A stretch of 64,000 bases of DNA, taken from contig CBDCTJ010000007.1 of the NCBI GenBank assembly GCA_965222115.1, forward strand, positions 832,001 through 896,000. The letters run 5' to 3'. The notes beneath the pieces were generated by a model. The model ran no database searches. It saw nothing but the letters and a program-made list of their open reading frames with translations, and had not been told where the DNA came from. The first letter of the stretch is position 1; every line of letters begins with the position of its first letter. Source of the DNA: Planctomycetota bacterium (GTDB lineage: Bacteria > Planctomycetota > PLA2 > JAEUHO01). Below, in pieces: positions 1-9,096 of this stretch. A program made the position numbers and the translations under genes.

Positions 1-572
1 AGGGAGGCACACAGAATCAGCCTAAATGCATCCGGTGCCTCGCGAGTTAGAATGCCACCGCGGCCATCGGGCTGGGCGATCTCTGATCGCCCCCCAAAGA
101 AGCAGCTATTCGTTTCGCTAGTTTCAGCAGGCCCAAAGAGGGCCCATTGGCGTCCCCATCAACGGTGCGAATATGCTTACCCCAGACCGTGTCGGGCGAT
201 TTCCGACCGAGTATGTGGTCCGTGTTTGACGGTGACGTGAGATCAACAACCTTTGCACCCTCTGGTAGCGTTACAAGCGGTGTCGGATTCGAGAAATTTT
301 CAGATTCCGGTGGCTTCAGACTGTGAGCGATGGCAAGCTCAATTGTGCATGCAGCCTGCCGCGTCGGAGAGTGGATCCGCAGCGTAGACACGGGGTGAAT
401 CACACCCCTCAGAGAACCTATCAGGCAGCCTCGCAACAGAACAACGTTGCTTCCCGATTTCTCGTCGCGCTTGATGACAGAACACGGCAACCTCCACGGA
501 CCAAGTGACACCTCAGCACCTGTACTCCGCAGCACCCCTCGATTCGAAGAGTCACGCGAAGCCCATTGCTTT

Positions 573-1034
573 GGTGCCTTATCCCACAGTGGCGTGGAGA
601 GGCTTAGAATGTCAGCCACGGAAAGGAGGCGAGGTCCGAAAGGAGTTGCGCCGAAGGCGTCAACCTGGCATCGGCGAGCATTGCTCCTCATATAGAAAAG
701 TGAGGCGCTCCTCGCATTCACGCTCGCCAATCGGTCGCGAACAACGATTCCTCTCTTTGACGACCGGGCCAACGGCTCTGGTATGGCGGATCTCGTAAAG
801 GTCACGTCGAGTACTAGGTTCCCCGAAGGTCACTTTGGATGTTCTGAGTATGGGCTCATATCGGAAGTACTTGAGAGTAGTAGCTATTCTTGACCTGGGA
901 ACCGCCGACCTTGGAGATAGTCACGACGGAGTCGTGGCGTAAGGGGCGAGAGCCCCTTGAAGGAACGAGTCGGTCTCCGACGATTCCGTAGCGAAGCGTA
1001 GGGCGCGTCGGTTCGAATCCGATCAGGCACTCCA
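573..1034 (+). ncRNA. Candidate large structured ncRNA with tRNA-like 3' end (unassigned family)
   Basis: More than 10 helices read by eye, e.g. TCC-GAAA-GGA 635-644, GGTTCCC 817-823/GGGAACC 897-903, AAGGTC 798-803/GACCTT 907-912, AAGGGGC-GAGA-GCCCCTT 941-958. Ends with T-arm GTCGG-TTCGAAT-CCGAT, then CAGGCAC-T-CCA. GTGCCT at 574-579 can pair with the acceptor strand. Confidence 0.5.
1006..1034 (+). repeat. Degenerate copy of the tRNA-Gly 3' end (att-like or tRNA-like domain)
   Basis: CGTCGGTTCGAATCCGATCAGGCACTCCA matches the last 29 nt of tRNA-Gly at 22355-22383 (minus strand) at 27/29. Confidence 0.85.
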
Positions 1035-1217
1035 CCTGACTACTGGGAGAGTTTTGTCGCGCGATCGCCGATCTACAGTCATGTTACGAGCAGCGACGAC
1101 CTCGGTTAGACGGTTCGTTGGCAGCAGGTGGCGCCGCACGTGGAACTCGCTAAGATCTGGCGAATGATGCTCGGCCCAATTCGACGCGATAAAACGCACT
1201 GGTATGGAGTCCACACT

Positions 1218-1979
1218 GTGTCTACGTTTCGATATCTCCCCATGGCGCTTGTCCTTTGCATTGGCGCGATCACCACTTCGACGCACGCGGGTGTGCTTGA
1301 AGATGTAAGTGCCCATACGACAAAGGGTCGGACAGTGTTCTTGGTCTTGACCGATGCTGTCGCGCTGAACCTCTCGCAGGCGCGTGCAACGGCCCGGGCG
1401 GCACAGCAACGTACGCCGAATAGCGCGGTCATTGAACTCAACCGCTCTGACCCTGCGCAGGCAGCGGCCGTAGCGAAGTATCGTGTGGCTGCGGCCCCGG
1501 TTCCACTTGTGCTTTGTGTGGCTTCGACGGGTGTCGGCGTGGGTGCGGTTCGACCCACGACGAAGGGTGCAGTTGCCAGGCTGGTTGCCATGGTTCCAAG
1601 TCCCGCGAAGGCCGAATACCAGCGCGTGCTTAGCCAGCGGCGCGTTGCCGCGGTTGTGTTTAGCCGCGCCACGATGAGAGAACAGCGTTCGCTGTTTGCG
1701 GAGATTTCGAAGATGTACGGCGTCCGCAAATTAAACATGACGCCTATCTTCGTGGACCTCGACGACGTACGCGAAGCGAACTGGATCAAGACCTGGAATT
1801 TGAATCCCAAGAAGATCAAGCGACCGTTGATCGTTTTCGTGAACCCGAAGGGTCAGATTATCGGTAAGCTTCGCGGTGCGCCGAAAGCCTCGCAGATTGT
1901 CCAGATGTCAAAGAAGCGCGTACACGGCTGCCAAGATCCCAATTGCAAGGACCCCAACTGTCGTCATCATGGACGGTAG
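1218..1979 (+). CDS. Secreted hypothetical protein with C-terminal Cys/His tail
   Basis: GGAG RBS then GTG at 1218; signal peptide ending THA; C-terminus HGCQDPNCKDPNCRHH; heads the ABC operon. Confidence 0.65.
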   Translation: MSTFRYLPMALVLCIGAITTSTHAGVLEDVSAHTTKGRTVFLVLTDAVALNLSQARATARAAQQRTPNSAVIELNRSDPAQAAAVAKYRVAAAPVPLVLCVASTGVGVGAVRPTTKGAVARLVAMVPSPAKAEYQRVLSQRRVAAVVFSRATMREQRSLFAEISKMYGVRKLNMTPIFVDLDDVREANWIKTWNLNPKKIKRPLIVFVNPKGQIIGKLRGAPKASQIVQMSKKRVHGCQDPNCKDPNCRHHGR

Positions 1980-2015
1980 ATGCGTTCGTAGATCCGCGGC
2001 AGAGGAGCCTTCATC

Positions 2016-3218
2016 ATGAGACTCGCCGGTGTCGCATGGAAGGAACTCGTCCATCGACGGTCAAGTTTGATCTCGGGCCTCATTGCCATCACGCTCGGCA
2101 TCGCCGTGATCGTTGGCATTCGATCCGTAACCACGGCCTCGAAACACGCCGTTGCTGTTCAACTGGATAGCCTGGGCGCGAACGTACTTGTGCTCCCGCA
2201 GGGCGCAAGCGTGGATGACTACCACACCGCAGATATCGACGCGCCCACGTTTCCCGAACACTATGTCGAGCGCATGGTGACGTCCGGGATTTTGGGCGTG
2301 GAGAACATCTCACCGAAGTTGACGCGACGTGTCCGCATTGGGGATATCCCCATCGTTCTTACGGGTGTGCTTCCCGACGATGAAGTCGCAACAAAGCCTG
2401 TATGGCTCTTGGATAGCGACACGGCTGCGCCCGAGCATGTGTGTAGTGGTAACTCGGGTACGCACGCGGACCCACGGCTTCAGCGCAAGCCCATCGACAG
2501 ATTGGAAAAGGGGCAGTGTCTTGTAGGTGCTGCGGCTGCGGAGCGGCTCAAGCTTGCGCGTGGAAAGGCAGTGACCGTCGAGGGCTCGCCGTTTGAGGTG
2601 ATCGACATCCTTGACTCGACCGGAACGGTAGACGATGACCGCCTCTTTGTGCATCTTCACGAAATGCAGTCGCTGCTCGACATCGGCTCGAACATTAGCG
2701 CCATCGAAGTGATGGGGTGCTGTAGCGAGGTGTCCGGTGGCATGCTCTCCAAGCTGCGCAACGTCCTTCCCGATACACGCGTGACAAGCATTTCGCAGAT
2801 CGTCTCGACGCAAGTCAAGACGAACTCGCTCATGGAGCGGCTGTCGTGGGGCATCCTCCTCATCGTGCTTATCGTTGGCGGTCTTTCCATCGGCAACTAC
2901 ATGTGGGCCAATGTCAATCAACGTCGGCGTGAGATCGGTATTCTCCGAATGCTCGGGGCGCGACGCAGCAACATCCTTGGCGTACTTCTTGCCAAGGCCT
3001 TGGTGTTGGGTGTGCTTGGCGGCGTGTTGGGCTATGCGATAGGAACAGCTTCCGCCATCCTCTTTGGGCCGTCTGTGCTTGGGCTTGAAGTGAGCGCGTT
3101 ACCCTCGTGGATCTTGATCTCTGTAGCCCTGGCCACACTCATTGCGGTGGTCGGTTCACTGCTTCCTGCTTGGCTTGCCGCGCGCTTCGATCCCAGCGCA
3201 AACATGCAGGAGGTTTGA
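2016..3218 (+). CDS. ABC transporter permease, MacB/FtsX family
   Basis: N-terminal TM, periplasmic domain, C-terminal 'RRREIGILRMLGA' FtsX motif plus 3 TMs; EVMGCC motif. Confidence 0.9.
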   Translation: MRLAGVAWKELVHRRSSLISGLIAITLGIAVIVGIRSVTTASKHAVAVQLDSLGANVLVLPQGASVDDYHTADIDAPTFPEHYVERMVTSGILGVENISPKLTRRVRIGDIPIVLTGVLPDDEVATKPVWLLDSDTAAPEHVCSGNSGTHADPRLQRKPIDRLEKGQCLVGAAAAERLKLARGKAVTVEGSPFEVIDILDSTGTVDDDRLFVHLHEMQSLLDIGSNISAIEVMGCCSEVSGGMLSKLRNVLPDTRVTSISQIVSTQVKTNSLMERLSWGILLIVLIVGGLSIGNYMWANVNQRRREIGILRMLGARRSNILGVLLAKALVLGVLGGVLGYAIGTASAILFGPSVLGLEVSALPSWILISVALATLIAVVGSLLPAWLAARFDPSANMQEV

Positions 3219-3219
3219 C

Positions 3220-3939
3220 GTGCTGCTTACGACCCAAGGTCTAGGTAAGTGCTATAGCCGAGGCGACGTCTCCGTCGATGCACTAAAGAACGTGTGTCTT
3301 ACCATCGAAGAGCAGGCGTTCGTAACCGTCACCGGCCCCTCCGGTTCCGGCAAGTCCACGTTGCTTCTTACGCTCGCGGGCCTTTTGCGGCCGTCAACGG
3401 GTGAAATCCACTTTCGTAGTGAACCGCTGCACACGCTCAGCGACGCGGATTGGTCGACGTTTCGACGCACGAATCTCGGGTTCGTGATGCAGAACTTCAG
3501 TCTCGTCCCGTACCTGTCCGCCCTCGACAATGTGGCGCTTCCCATGGCCCTCGCGGGAAATTCAAAAGCGTTGCAGCATGAGCGTGCGCACGCTCTCCTC
3601 GAACGCGTGGACCTTGGCCCGCGGGCCGCGCACTTGCCGCGTGAACTGTCTGCGGGGCAGCAGCAACGGGTTGCGATTGCGCGGGCGTTGGCGAACAAAC
3701 CTGCGTTGGTTCTCGCCGACGAACCGACGGGTAACTTGGATCCTGCGTTGGCCAACGATGTGCTGGCGTTGTTGCAAGACCTCAATCGCGAAAGCGGTAC
3801 TGCGATTCTGATGGTGACTCACAGCCCCATGGCGGCCGAGGCTGGCACGTCTCGTATTCATATCGAACAGGGACAAGTCGTTGAACACCCCGCAGCCGCA
3901 CGAGAAGCGGATCCGGGTCCAATTCGCGTATTGCGATAG
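3220..3939 (+). CDS. ABC transporter ATP-binding protein (LolD/MacB-like)
   Basis: Walker A GPSGSGKS, signature LSAGQQQR, Walker B LADEPTGNLD; GGAGG RBS before GTG at 3220. Confidence 0.95.
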   Translation: MLLTTQGLGKCYSRGDVSVDALKNVCLTIEEQAFVTVTGPSGSGKSTLLLTLAGLLRPSTGEIHFRSEPLHTLSDADWSTFRRTNLGFVMQNFSLVPYLSALDNVALPMALAGNSKALQHERAHALLERVDLGPRAAHLPRELSAGQQQRVAIARALANKPALVLADEPTGNLDPALANDVLALLQDLNRESGTAILMVTHSPMAAEAGTSRIHIEQGQVVEHPAAAREADPGPIRVLR

Positions 3940-4160
3940 CGCACGTGTGGAGCACAACTGAATCTCTCATGACCTTGGTGTGCTACTTGTTGATACTTTC
4001 TTGGGCTTGAGTCCACCTCAAAGCAGCGCTTCGAGAGTCTCTTGCTCATCAAAGTCGATTCCATTGACGATTCGTTCGACGGTGTCTTTCGCGACCTCGG
4101 GGATTACGGAGATGACACCTTACACTTTGATCGAGTTTCCACCCGCGAAGAAGTAGGTGC

Positions 4161-4991
4161 GTGATGGCCTTCAACGATTCAATTCTAGACTCGCCCGACA
4201 TCGGCTCTGTGTTCGATGAGCTTCCATTTTGGTCTGCGCCATTTGAGTTGCTTTTGCTGGAACACGTCCCGCTTGATCGCGGCACGCGCGTGCTCGACGT
4301 GGGGTGCGGTACGGGATCAATCGTAATTCAACTCGCCGAGAGGCTGGGTGCCGATGCTCAGATCCATGGGATCGATTCCTGGGAGGCGATGGTTGAGCGT
4401 GCCCGATGGAAGGCGGCTGCGCGAGAATTGACGAATGTACGCTTCTCGTGTGCTGATGCAGTAGATATTCCACACGATGACAAGTCAATCGATCTTGTCG
4501 TGTGCGCGTTGGGCATCAATAACTTCGAAGATCCGCATGCTGTACTTGCTGACATGGTCCGCGTCATGCATCCGGAGGGAAGGCTTGTGCTGACCACGAA
4601 TCCCGTTGGGCATATGCGCGAGTTCTATGACATGTTCGAAGAGGTCATAGTCAGGCGTGGATGCCAACGGGTTGCAAGCACTTTGCGAAACCACGTTGCT
4701 CATCGAGGAAGTCTAGAGAGCATCACGGCGCTACTGCACGACGTGGGCTTGCAAGTGACCACGCGTCATTCGTCATCATTTAGGTTGAGGTATCTGGATG
4801 GCACCGCGTTCCTTCACAACCTATTTATTCACCTTGCGTTCCGGCTCGCTTGGCGTGAACTCCTGCCTCCCGACCAAGCCGACGCGATCTTTCGTGACCT
4901 TGAGCAACGCCTCAATGAGTACGCTCACAAGCATGGCGAGTTATCGCTCACGATTCCCATGCTGTATCTCGAGGCGCGTCGCCTTAGTTGA
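4161..4991 (+). CDS. Class I SAM-dependent methyltransferase
   Basis: Motif I VLDVGCGTG; motifs IDLVVC and RVMHPEGRL. Confidence 0.9.
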   Translation: MMAFNDSILDSPDIGSVFDELPFWSAPFELLLLEHVPLDRGTRVLDVGCGTGSIVIQLAERLGADAQIHGIDSWEAMVERARWKAAARELTNVRFSCADAVDIPHDDKSIDLVVCALGINNFEDPHAVLADMVRVMHPEGRLVLTTNPVGHMREFYDMFEEVIVRRGCQRVASTLRNHVAHRGSLESITALLHDVGLQVTTRHSSSFRLRYLDGTAFLHNLFIHLAFRLAWRELLPPDQADAIFRDLEQRLNEYAHKHGELSLTIPMLYLEARRLS

Positions 4992-5147
4992 TGGATACGA
5001 TTCGGAACGCTGAGAGAGATGACCCGTGGGTACGTTTCGTTTGGGAGACACACTGATTGGCCATTCGTCGTGGGCATCGCTACAGGGAGCCGATCGTCAA
5101 GTCCTTCGGTGACAAGTCACGACAGGCGGACGACAATAAGAACGTAG

Positions 5148-5513
5148 TCATGAACCTGGCGGCTCCCACAACTCAATCGCATTGCCTTCTGGATCGTGAA
5201 TGCGCGCGAATCGACCGGTCTGAGGCGTGTTCCATTCATCTTTCGTCATGATTTCAATGCTTGCGGCGCGCAGGGTTTCCAGCAGTTCGTCGAGGCCGTC
5301 TACGCGTAGGTTGAGCATCCACTGCTTGTCTTCAGCGAAGTAGTCGGTATCGGCCTTGAAAGGCGAAAACACGGTTGGGCCGCCAGCCTGCTGCCAGATG
5401 TACTCCCCCGCGGCCATGTTGGCACCAACACCCAAGTGTTTGAGGTACCAAGCGTTGAGTTCGTCAGGATTCTTGGCGCGAAAGAAGAATCCGCCGATAC
5501 CGGTTACTGCCAT
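5148..5513 (-). CDS. VOC/glyoxalase family protein
   Basis: MAVTGIGGFFF start and C-terminal GRFARIHDPEGNAIELWEP. Confidence 0.9.
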   Translation of the reverse strand: MAVTGIGGFFFRAKNPDELNAWYLKHLGVGANMAAGEYIWQQAGGPTVFSPFKADTDYFAEDKQWMLNLRVDGLDELLETLRAASIEIMTKDEWNTPQTGRFARIHDPEGNAIELWEPPGS

Positions 5514-5625
5514 GGATTTCACCTCCCGGGGGGTACATCCGCGTGCCAGGCACGCATGCGTATGCACAGGGTACATCGGCGTGCCTGGCACCATGTCGTA
5601 TGCCGTTCCCTGGTAGTGTGATCCC

Positions 5626-6207
5626 ATGAGTCTGAGCGCACTTGACGTCTTTTTGCGGGATCACGCCAGCGTCCATTTGCGCGGTGCTGTGCATGCGGAG
5701 CGAAACATCGATTGGTTGATCGATGGGCTTACGGAAGGGCAGATGCGAGCTCGACCGAGCGGCGTGAATTCGCTGGTGTGGATCTTGTGGCATCTCTCCC
5801 GGGTGGAGGACTTGTGTATTTCGACCGTTCTTGGCGGACGCATGCAACTGATGGATGACGAATGGGTAAGGCGCCTCGGTGTTATGGAGCGCGGGGATGG
5901 TGAGGGCATGTCCAAGGAGTCCGTGGCCTCGCTCTCAGAATCGATTCAGATCAAGGAACTGATCGAGTACCGAGCCATCGTCTGCACGCGTACGCGGGAA
6001 CTCGCCTCGTCGCTATGGCCAGGGCGTTGGTTTGAGAAGCTAACCGAGCGCGACTTGGCAACAGCCGCCGAGCTCGGCGGCGAAGCGGGGCCGTGGTTGG
6101 TCGGCGTGACGCGGGAGTCGTTGCTCACGTGGTGGGCGATTCATCACGCGTACCACCACATTGGACAGATGGCCTTGATTCGTAAGTTGGTTCAGAAAGA
6201 ACGTTGA
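5626..6207 (+). CDS. DinB family protein
   Basis: NSLVWILWH and C-terminal HAYHHIGQ His motifs. Confidence 0.85.
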   Translation: MSLSALDVFLRDHASVHLRGAVHAERNIDWLIDGLTEGQMRARPSGVNSLVWILWHLSRVEDLCISTVLGGRMQLMDDEWVRRLGVMERGDGEGMSKESVASLSESIQIKELIEYRAIVCTRTRELASSLWPGRWFEKLTERDLATAAELGGEAGPWLVGVTRESLLTWWAIHHAYHHIGQMALIRKLVQKER

Positions 6208-6242
6208 GATGCACGTCGGGTCTTTAGGTGGTTAATGAAACA

Positions 6243-6263
6243 CGCCCGCCGTTAGGGCGGGCG
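6243..6263 (-). terminator. Probable intrinsic terminator hairpin between convergent genes
   Basis: CGCCCGCC-5 nt-GGCGGGCG; T-rich run follows on the minus strand. Confidence 0.55.
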
Positions 6264-6290
6264 CGTGGGTTGTCGTGGTGTTTGATGGCG

Positions 6291-6914
6291 TTACCTTGCC
6301 GCATCGCCTATGCCAAAGAGACCACCCGATGAGGGAACGTCTGCACCGGGGATGGGCTGCGTCTGGGGAATGAAGCCGCCATGGGTGGGCTGGGGACGGA
6401 AACCCGACTTTTTCTTCGGCTTCTTGGCCGGGCGGCGCTGGCCGCGGCGGTCAAACGTCGCGGGGCGATTCTTGCCAACTCTGAGCTTGCCGTCGCGTCC
6501 GTAGATGTGGACGGTCTTACCTTGCCACTTGCGGTGCTTGCGAAGGAAGGCCGCGATCTTCTTCGGTGGGAAACGATCCATGGCATCGCCCCACACCACG
6601 ACGTGCGATGTACGGACGCGCTGGAGCTTGCGCTGCGCCTTCTTGGCCTTGCGAAGCAAGCGGCCGTGGGCCTTCTTGTAGCGAGCGGCCGTTTCGTTGT
6701 CGCCTCGGCGAACGGCGTTGCGGTAGAAACGAGCCAGGCGAGCGAGCTTAGCTTTGGCACGCTTGTAACTCTTGAGCGTCTTGGGGTAGAGCTCTCGCAC
6801 TCCGAAGTTGCCGGAGATCATGAGCGACGAACGCGCTTCGGCGGTCGGTGCAACCGAGAGGGTCGCTGCGAAGGAGGAAAAGACGATGAGTGCGGTGAGT
6901 GCGGTGCGAAACAT
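6291..6914 (-). CDS. Secreted basic hypothetical protein
   Basis: Signal peptide MFRTALTALIVFSSFAATLSVAPTAEA; K/R-rich; GC3-rich codons. Confidence 0.7.
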   Translation of the reverse strand: MFRTALTALIVFSSFAATLSVAPTAEARSSLMISGNFGVRELYPKTLKSYKRAKAKLARLARFYRNAVRRGDNETAARYKKAHGRLLRKAKKAQRKLQRVRTSHVVVWGDAMDRFPPKKIAAFLRKHRKWQGKTVHIYGRDGKLRVGKNRPATFDRRGQRRPAKKPKKKSGFRPQPTHGGFIPQTQPIPGADVPSSGGLFGIGDAAR

Positions 6915-7109
6915 GGTGGGCTCCAGGGTGCGGGACAAGCCCAAATGCTCGTCCGTTCAGGAGGCATGTACGCATCGCCGCCGAGGTATCGCAGCTGGCG
7001 ACGAAATTGCTAGACGCCCGTCTACATGCCGAATTCACACGTGTCCGGGGAATCCCTTCGGCCGCAGGCTGCGGGACGGCCAGGATGGGCCGCCTTTGAG
7101 GTCGACCCC

Positions 7110-7814
7110 GTGAATCTCATTCGAAAATGCACCGCCGAGTTCATTGGAACGTTCGCGATTGTGTTCGCGGGCTGTGGTGCCATTGTAGCCAATCAACTTT
7201 CCGGCGGAGCCATCACGCATGTTGGCGTCGCTGCGACTTTTGGATTGGTCGTGATGGTGATGGTCTATGCCGTGGGCCATATCAGTGGCGCGCACCTCAA
7301 CCCCGCAGTAACCCTTGCGTTCACCGCGACGCGTCACTTCCCCGTTCGCGAAGTTCCGGCCTACGTCGTGTCGCAGAGTTTGGGTGCGCTCGCCGCCAGC
7401 GGGCTTCACCGCGTGACCGTTGACGCTCTGGAGACCTCGCGCGCTATTGATCTCGGCGTAACGCACCCCATTCAGGGTCACTTCGTGACGGGCGTTGTGT
7501 GGGAGGCAGCACTCACCGCACTGCTGATGTTTGTCATCATGGGCGTCGCGACGGACTTTCGCGCCGTCGGTCGTGCTGCGGGACTTGCCATTGGTGGCGC
7601 GGTGGGACTCGAAGCCATGTTTGCCGGTCCGATCACAGGCGCGTCCATGAATCCTGCACGCAGCTTGGGCCCCGCCATCGTGTCGGGCGATCTTGCGGAC
7701 ATCAGTGTGTATCTCATTGGGCCCATTGCCGGCGCGCTGATGGGTGCGTACTTGTACAACTTCGTTCGTTGTGAACCGCGCGCGCCAGATAGCGACGTGA
7801 AGGGTTGTTGCTGA
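7110..7814 (+). CDS. MIP family aquaporin/aquaglyceroporin
   Basis: SGAHLNPAVT and GASMNPARS NPA motifs; ends in KGCC. Confidence 0.95.
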   Translation: MNLIRKCTAEFIGTFAIVFAGCGAIVANQLSGGAITHVGVAATFGLVVMVMVYAVGHISGAHLNPAVTLAFTATRHFPVREVPAYVVSQSLGALAASGLHRVTVDALETSRAIDLGVTHPIQGHFVTGVVWEAALTALLMFVIMGVATDFRAVGRAAGLAIGGAVGLEAMFAGPITGASMNPARSLGPAIVSGDLADISVYLIGPIAGALMGAYLYNFVRCEPRAPDSDVKGCC

Positions 7815-7817
7815 CGT

Positions 7818-9014
7818 TTATCTCGGCGGCCGTGCAACCAACGTGTCGACCGCGGTTTCCATGCGCATCATGGTGATGTTGCCGCGTGACTGCGTGAAGT
7901 ACAGCACCATGAGGTCTTCCTTGGGAAATGCCCACGCATAGGTGCCGTCGGTGCCGCTGTGACCGAATGCAATGACGCTTGAGTCGTTGCCTTTTGTTTC
8001 CTGTGTATAGAGATGCATTTGTCGACCGTAGCGAGAGCGCAAGCCAACAAAGCCTGTGGGCAGCGTTGCAAACGAAACGGGTTTTATCGCGCGCTTGACT
8101 GCATTATTCGAGATTAATGGCCTTCCACCCACTTGACCTTCATCCATCCATGCCGCCAAGAAACGCGCGTAGTCCATGGGCGTTGAGTAGACGCTCTGTG
8201 CGCCCATCGAAAAACTAAAGTACGGCGCCCGGCCGGGCTTCCACAGCACGGGCCAGCCTTGGTTTCGTTTCCAGTAGAGCGTGGCTACCTTGCCAAAGCG
8301 TGGGTCGTTTCGCTTGTAGCGCGTAACCGTGTTCCGCATGCCAAGAGGTTTGATGATGCGTTCTTCTAGGAACTGCTCGAAGGGCATACCCGAGATGGTC
8401 TGAACGACTGCGGCGAGAATGTCGGAGTTCGCGTCGGCATAGTGATAGCGCGCTCCGGGGCGACTTGCGCGGGGGTAATGGCGCGCCCAATAGTTCGCAA
8501 GTTCCAGTACCGATCCGTAGCTCGCGTAGTTGGTCCAAAGTGTGCCGGGCGACTTCATGGGAAACCCGCTCCGGTGCGTCATGAGGTGATCGATGGTGAT
8601 CGTGCGTACGCGCTCCGTATCAAACGACTTGAGCACCGTCGCCACGGGGTCATCGAGTTTCAGCTTCTTTTCGTCGATCAACATCTGAATCGCCATGCCC
8701 GTCATGACCTTCGTCATGGAGCGAATGTTGCAGCGCGTGTGTTTCTCGTAGGCACGCTTGCTCTTGCGATCCATCCATCCGTGCGTGGTATGCAGTACCG
8801 TTTTCCGGTTCTTGATGACCAACAGCTCGGCGCCAATAATCTCACCGGCGTCCACAAACCCCGCAACCAACGTATCCAGTTTCTTGAGCGCCGCCGGGGC
8901 GATACCCTCAGTTGCTACCGCGCGAGGGAAGGGGATGTCGGTGCGAGCGAGTGCCAGTGATATGGCCAAGCACACGAATGTGCCCGTCGCTAGATGCGAT
9001 TTCGCGTAACGCAT
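7818..9014 (-). CDS. Serine hydrolase, beta-lactamase/AmpC-like family
   Basis: SxxK (SMTK), LMTHRSG, Y-A-D, HSG triad; N-terminal signal-like segment. Start uncertain. Confidence 0.85.
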   Translation of the reverse strand: MRYAKSHLATGTFVCLAISLALARTDIPFPRAVATEGIAPAALKKLDTLVAGFVDAGEIIGAELLVIKNRKTVLHTTHGWMDRKSKRAYEKHTRCNIRSMTKVMTGMAIQMLIDEKKLKLDDPVATVLKSFDTERVRTITIDHLMTHRSGFPMKSPGTLWTNYASYGSVLELANYWARHYPRASRPGARYHYADANSDILAAVVQTISGMPFEQFLEERIIKPLGMRNTVTRYKRNDPRFGKVATLYWKRNQGWPVLWKPGRAPYFSFSMGAQSVYSTPMDYARFLAAWMDEGQVGGRPLISNNAVKRAIKPVSFATLPTGFVGLRSRYGRQMHLYTQETKGNDSSVIAFGHSGTDGTYAWAFPKEDLMVLYFTQSRGNITMMRMETAVDTLVARPPR

Positions 9015-9096
9015 AGGGGCATTGTGCACGGAACCGTGTTGTGGCATGCAGCGGAAGCGAGCGCGCGTCGCAGTTCGCCGCCGTAGAATCTCGCAT

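Noticed and set aside
47-805. 252-aa minus-strand ORF
   Set aside because: No recognisable motif, atypical composition, and its 5' third overlaps the structured RNA candidate. The part below about 470 could be a gene remnant but I cannot support it.
573-1034. Reading as a canonical tmRNA, or a tRNA with a group I intron
   Set aside because: No GGGG..GGATTCGAC-type 5' end in register, no tag ending in AA, no well-formed D/anticodon arms after any splice I tried, and no clear P7 R/S pair.
392-1036. Alternative Ala-type acceptor GGGGTG (392) pairing with CACTCC-A-CC
   Set aside because: Leaves 3 extra nt after the T-stem, lacks the terminal A, and GGGGTG pairs locally with CACCCC at 403-408.
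4161-4991. Calling the methyltransferase arsM
   Set aside because: The ArsM conserved cysteine pattern is not recognisable; left as a generic class I methyltransferase.
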